A DNA stretch of 64,000 bases from an uncultured Acidobacteriota bacterium (lineage in GTDB: Bacteria; Acidobacteriota; Thermoanaerobaculia; Multivoradales; UBA5704). A program made the position numbers and the translations under genes. Positions 60,161 to 64,000 of this stretch are shown piece after piece. Where the stretch lies: positions 1,056,001-1,120,000 of the forward strand of contig CAVYRF010000002.1 in NCBI GenBank assembly GCA_963770895.1. The letters are read 5' to 3'. The notes under the pieces are model-generated. The model searched no databases. It was given only the letters and a program-made list of their open reading frames with translations, and was not told where the DNA came from. Each line of letters begins with the position of its first letter. Positions within the stretch are counted from its first letter, which is position 1.

Positions 60161-61159
60161 CTACAGCCTCCTGGCGGCACGCAACCGGGCCGAGCGCGAG
60201 CGGGGGTTCCACTCCACCTCGCCGGCGCTGGGCCGCACCGGCTTGCCGGTCAGGACTTCGATCAGCTGGCTTTCGGACAGCGGCCGGCCGGTCACCGGGT
60301 CGATGTCGCCACGCGCCAGGTCGCGCAGGGTGTTCTTGGCGATGCGGTCCTCCAGGCTGTGATACGAGATGACCACCAACCTGCCGTCGCTGGCCATCAT
60401 CTTGACCGCCTGGTCGAGCGCATGCTCCAGGCCGTCCAGCTCCTCGTTGACGGCGATGCGCAGCGCCTGGAACACCCGCGTCGCCGGGTCGATGCGGCCT
60501 TCGCGCGCCGCCGGGCCGCCGTGGCGCCGCTCGTGCACCTTGGCGCGGTCGACGATCCTCTTGAGCTCGCCGGTCGTGGCGATCGGCTTTTCCTCGCGTG
60601 CCGCGACGATCGCCCGCGCGATACGCCGTGCCTGCCGCTCTTCGCCGAAGTCTCTGAAGATCTTTTCCAAGTCGCCCTCCCGCATGTCGTTGACAAGGTC
60701 CGCCGCGGTCACCGCAGAGAGGCCCATGCGCATGTCCAGGGGGCCGTCGAGCCGGAAGCTGAAGCCGCGCTCGGGCGTGCCCAGCTGCATCGACGAGACG
60801 CCCAGGTCGAAGAGCGCGCCGGCAAGGGTGCCGCGCTGTACGCCGAGGTCCGCGAGCAGCGGACCGAGACCGTGGAAGTTGCCGTGGGCCAGCCGCACGC
60901 GGTCGCCGAAGGGAGCCAGCCGTGCCGCCGCCAGGCGCAGAGCGTCGGGATCGCGGTCGAGGCCGAGCAGGCGAGCGGCCGGGGCGCGGGCCAGCAGCGC
61001 TTCGGCGTGACCGCCCAGCCCGGCCGTGGCGTCCAGGAAGACGCCGCCGCGCTCGGGCGCCAGGAAGTCGAGCGTTTCGCGCAGCAGGACGGGCCGGTGC
61101 TCCGGCGGCGTCCTCGCCGGCTGCGCCGGCGCATCGAGGGGGAGGCCGTCATCGCTCAA
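60161..61159 (-). CDS. rsmH: 16S rRNA C1402 N4-methyltransferase
   Basis: HRPVLL, DATAGLGGH, DLGVSSMQL, FQALRIAVN, SYHSLEDR; start uncertain (61159 or 61177). Confidence 0.97.
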   Translation of the reverse strand: MSDDGLPLDAPAQPARTPPEHRPVLLRETLDFLAPERGGVFLDATAGLGGHAEALLARAPAARLLGLDRDPDALRLAAARLAPFGDRVRLAHGNFHGLGPLLADLGVQRGTLAGALFDLGVSSMQLGTPERGFSFRLDGPLDMRMGLSAVTAADLVNDMREGDLEKIFRDFGEERQARRIARAIVAAREEKPIATTGELKRIVDRAKVHERRHGGPAAREGRIDPATRVFQALRIAVNEELDGLEHALDQAVKMMASDGRLVVISYHSLEDRIAKNTLRDLARGDIDPVTGRPLSESQLIEVLTGKPVRPSAGEVEWNPRSRSARLRAARRL

Positions 61160-61189
61160 CGGTCCCCAGCCGGCCACCAGCAGCGCGCA

Positions 61190-61630
61190 TCAGATGCCTC
61201 GCTCGCTGAGGGCTCGGAAGTCTTCTTCGGTGAAGGGTTGCTGCTCCAGACGGCGGGCGAAGCGCTCGCGGTTCCACACCACCAGGTGGTCGAGGTGGGC
61301 GCTGACCACCACGTCGCCGTTCATGTCGGCGCTCTCGCGCAGGATCTGCGGGATGAGCAGGCGGCCCTGGTTGTCCAGGCGGGATTGCTGGCCGAAATAG
61401 CTGGTGCGCTCCAGGAAGCGGGCCCGCACGCGGTCGATCGCCGGCATCGCCGCCAGGCGCCCTTCGATCTCCTCCCACACCGGCAGCGGGTAGAGCCAGG
61501 CCGAGTCGCCCTCGATCGAGGTGACGAACAGATCGGGGCCATAGCGCTCCTCGACCACGCGACGGAAATCCGTCGGGATCTTGAGCCTTCCCTTGTCGTC
61601 AATCTTGGCTGGAGCGCTTCCGCGAAACAT
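61190..61630 (-). CDS. mraZ: Division/cell-wall transcriptional regulator MraZ
   Basis: IDDKGRLKIP and LDNQGRLLIP repeats; first gene of the dcw cluster. Confidence 0.96.
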   Translation of the reverse strand: MFRGSAPAKIDDKGRLKIPTDFRRVVEERYGPDLFVTSIEGDSAWLYPLPVWEEIEGRLAAMPAIDRVRARFLERTSYFGQQSRLDNQGRLLIPQILRESADMNGDVVVSAHLDHLVVWNRERFARRLEQQPFTEEDFRALSERGI

Positions 61631-61672
61631 GGCCCCTTGCAATCTCCGAATGGTGCTACGTCCTGAAGCGCG

Positions 61673-61742
61673 ATCGTAGCAGTTGACTCCACTTTTGTCC
61701 ATTTTATCCCACTAAAACCCACTAGAACCCATCTGCACCCAT
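61673..61742 (-). promoter_or_regulatory. dcw promoter with an MraZ-binding repeat array
   Basis: Six (G/A)TGG(G/A) boxes at exact 10-bp spacing (61688-61742); TGGACA-N17-TACGAT with an extended TG. Confidence 0.85.
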
Positions 61743-61855
61743 CGCAAACACGTCCGCACACCACCGCCGGCCACTGCCAGGGCGCTGTCGGACCGGTGGC
61801 GAACAAGGGGCTGGCCGGGAGCTGGGAACCGGGAGCGCGAGCTGCGGAAACGCAA

Positions 61856-61915
61856 GCAAGCCCGCGCCGCCCGAGCCCCGCGCTCAGCGGCGGGGGACGG
61901 ACGGCGGCGGGCTTG
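61856..61915 (-). terminator. Long GC hairpin downstream of the surA-like gene
   Basis: CAAGCCCGC...GCGGGCTTG arms; the U tract is weak. Confidence 0.45.
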
Positions 61916-61950
61916 GGGTCAGGCGGACCGCGGCAAAGGCCGCGTCGTCG

Positions 61951-63426
61951 TTAGATGCCTGGCGGCGGCGGTGGCGGCGGCGTGGTGGACGGCGGCGTCA
62001 TCGGCGGCGCGGCGGGGGCGGTGGGCGAGGCCGGCCCACCCATCGCCGGCGCGGCAGGCGGCGCCGGCGGCGGGATCTTGAGCGGATCCGAGGGGGGCGC
62101 GCCCACCGGCTTTGGCGCCGGCACGCCGCCGGACTTCTGGTCGGAAGTGTCGATCGTGGTGGGATGGGTGCCGGTCATCGCCGGCTCGTCCGCCTTGGTG
62201 GCGGCGGCGGGGTTGGCCGGGGTGGGAGCCGACGACGACGCGCTGGGCGAGCTGCCGCCCGAGGTGATCCCCTGGATGGGCTGCGCGTCCTGGACGCCGA
62301 TCTTGCGGCGGAAATTGGCGGCTTCCTGCGGCGGGTCGGCCACCACCAGCGACCTGGTTTCAAGGTCGGCGATGTACTTGGTGCTCTCCTCCTGGTAGAG
62401 GCGGTTTTCTTCCATGTGCTGGATCTGCGTCTGCACCTCGGAGAAGGGTTTGACGTGCGCCGGATGGCGGTCGAGCAGCTGCACGATATGCAGGCCGCCG
62501 CGCGCCGTGATCGGATCGGACAGCGCATCCTTGCTCAACTTCCAGGCGGCGGCTTCCAGCGTCGGATCGAGATCCTTGGACGTCACCCAGCCCAGCTCGA
62601 TCACGCGGCTGGTCTGGCCCTTTTCGGCAAAGGGGGCGACGGCATCGGCCAGGCTCTTGCCACCGGCCACGGCCTGGCGGATCTGGCCGGCCACCTGATT
62701 GCGCTGGGGGTCCCCCAGGCCGCCTTCCTCCAGCACGACGACTTCGCGCAGCTGGACCTGCTCGGGCACTCCGAATTCCGCCTGGTTCTTGCGGTAGTAG
62801 CGCCGCAGATCCTCATCCTTGACCTTGATCTTGGCCTGCACCTCTTTGGTGACGACGTCGTGGATGCGGATGTTGCGGCGCGTCTGGGCGCGCAGCGCTT
62901 CCATGGTCAGGCCGTTTTGCCGCAGCGCCTGGCTGAGCTCTTCGTCGGTCTTGAAGCCGAAGTGCTGCTTCATTTCAGAGATCGATGCGTCGATCTCTTT
63001 TTCGGTGGCCTCGATCGCCAGCTGATCGGCGCGCGAGCTGAGCAGCAGCTCCTGGAACATGTCGCGGAAAACCGTGTCGGGGACGGACGCCAGTTCCTTC
63101 TGGCGCTCCGCCGCGTCCTGCACGCGATGGCGCACTTCGCGCTCCACGTCGTCGCGGCGCTGCTGGTAGTCGTACAGGGTGGCGATCTGGTCGTTGACCC
63201 GCAGCACGACGCGGTTGAGCGGGTCGGCCGCAAGCCGCGGCGGCGAGGTGAGCAGAGCCAGCGGCAGCGCCGACACGACGCAGAGCAGGCTGACGGCCGG
63301 CACCAGCCCGGCCGCGCGCCGCGCGGCCGGCCGGACGCTATCCAGGGGGTCGAGGCGGTGAGGCGGGAGGTGCGGAGAGGTGCTCCGAGGTCTCCTTGGA
63401 AGTCGGTTGGGATCGGCGGTTTTCAC
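61951..63426 (-). CDS. SurA/PrsA-like parvulin peptidyl-prolyl isomerase chaperone with a Pro-rich tail
   Basis: Signal-like segment, NRVVLRVNDQI, PEQVQLREVV, ELGWV, GLHIVQL; start uncertain. Confidence 0.85.
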   Translation of the reverse strand: MKTADPNRLPRRPRSTSPHLPPHRLDPLDSVRPAARRAAGLVPAVSLLCVVSALPLALLTSPPRLAADPLNRVVLRVNDQIATLYDYQQRRDDVEREVRHRVQDAAERQKELASVPDTVFRDMFQELLLSSRADQLAIEATEKEIDASISEMKQHFGFKTDEELSQALRQNGLTMEALRAQTRRNIRIHDVVTKEVQAKIKVKDEDLRRYYRKNQAEFGVPEQVQLREVVVLEEGGLGDPQRNQVAGQIRQAVAGGKSLADAVAPFAEKGQTSRVIELGWVTSKDLDPTLEAAAWKLSKDALSDPITARGGLHIVQLLDRHPAHVKPFSEVQTQIQHMEENRLYQEESTKYIADLETRSLVVADPPQEAANFRRKIGVQDAQPIQGITSGGSSPSASSSAPTPANPAAATKADEPAMTGTHPTTIDTSDQKSGGVPAPKPVGAPPSDPLKIPPPAPPAAPAMGGPASPTAPAAPPMTPPSTTPPPPPPPGI

Positions 63427-64000
63427 GATAAGAGCCCTCGTATTCGAATGGCAGGTTGCGCTCGTACACCTTGGCATTGTACCGACCGCGGGCATCCTGC
63501 ACCAGCGACGCCACCGTGCGGTCGGCGCGAACGCGCCGCAACCGGTCGGCGATCTGGTCGTGGGCGGCGGCCAGCGGCACCACCTCGGCAGGCAGCTTTT
63601 CGAGGACCTGGAAGAGATGAAAGCCGTATTCGGCGGGGAGGATCTGGCTGACCTGGCCGGGGCGCAGGCTGAAGATCGCGTCCACGAAGGCCGGCGGCAG
63701 GTCGGAGCGCGCCAGCTCTCCCTGGTAGCCGCCGGCGGCGGCGCCGGCATCGTGCGACAGGCGGCGGGCCACCGCCGCGAAGTCCTCGCCGCGCTGGAGC
63801 GCCGCCAGCGCCTGCTGCGCCGAGCGGCGGTCCTCGGTGAGGATCTGGCGCAGCCGCACGCGCTCGGGCCGGGCGTAGTCTTGGGCGTGGGCCTGGTACC
63901 AGGCGGCGATCTCGCCTTCGGGCGGCGGCGCGCCGCCGGCGGCATGCAGCAGCGCGTCGATGGCCTGTCGCGACGTGGCGCCGGCCGGCACCAGGCCGCG
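63338..64000 (-). CDS. Parvulin (PpiC-type) peptidyl-prolyl isomerase, 5' end outside the window
   Basis: PERVRLRQIL, FAAVARRLS, GGYQG, YGFHLFQV. Confidence 0.88.
   Translation of the reverse strand, partial: RGLVPAGATSRQAIDALLHAAGGAPPPEGEIAAWYQAHAQDYARPERVRLRQILTEDRRSAQQALAALQRGEDFAAVARRLSHDAGAAAGGYQGELARSDLPPAFVDAIFSLRPGQVSQILPAEYGFHLFQVLEKLPAEVVPLAAAHDQIADRLRRVRADRTVASLVQDARGRYNAKVYERNLPFEYEGSYRENRRSQPTSKETSEHLSAPPASPPRPPG

Overview
Very GC-rich bacterial chromosome segment. Gene content (Oar-like TonB-dependent receptor, TLPxH sulfatase-TPR lipoprotein, PDZ/GAF/PAS kinase with a sigma-54 activator, fused E1 dehydrogenase) suggests a diderm, probably Acidobacteriota (Thermoanaerobaculia-like); the taxon is an inference. 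The right third is a housekeeping dcw cluster (mraZ to ftsZ, without murB/ddl) preceded by two parvulin/SurA genes. The middle holds rpmE-DUF1385-prfA-prmC-murA-slt, a split glutaminase+NadE NAD synthetase, rsmI, a degenerate class A beta-lactamase-like lipoprotein, an ECF sigma/anti-sigma pair and a hypothetical-SPFH-Ser/Thr kinase operon. The best candidate for an undescribed system is at 3.1-6.3 kb: an HTH regulator, a TPR-like helical protein and a separately transcribed small secreted pre-peptide with a C-x4-DPNG-x-C loop, resembling a Rap/Phr (RRNPP)-type peptide-signalling cassette in a diderm. A second notable element is a secreted 10-Cys defensin-like pre-pro-peptide at 25.6-26.0 kb. 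I saw no tRNA/rRNA gene, CRISPR array, transposase or integrase. All calls come from manual motif recognition; no database searches were run.
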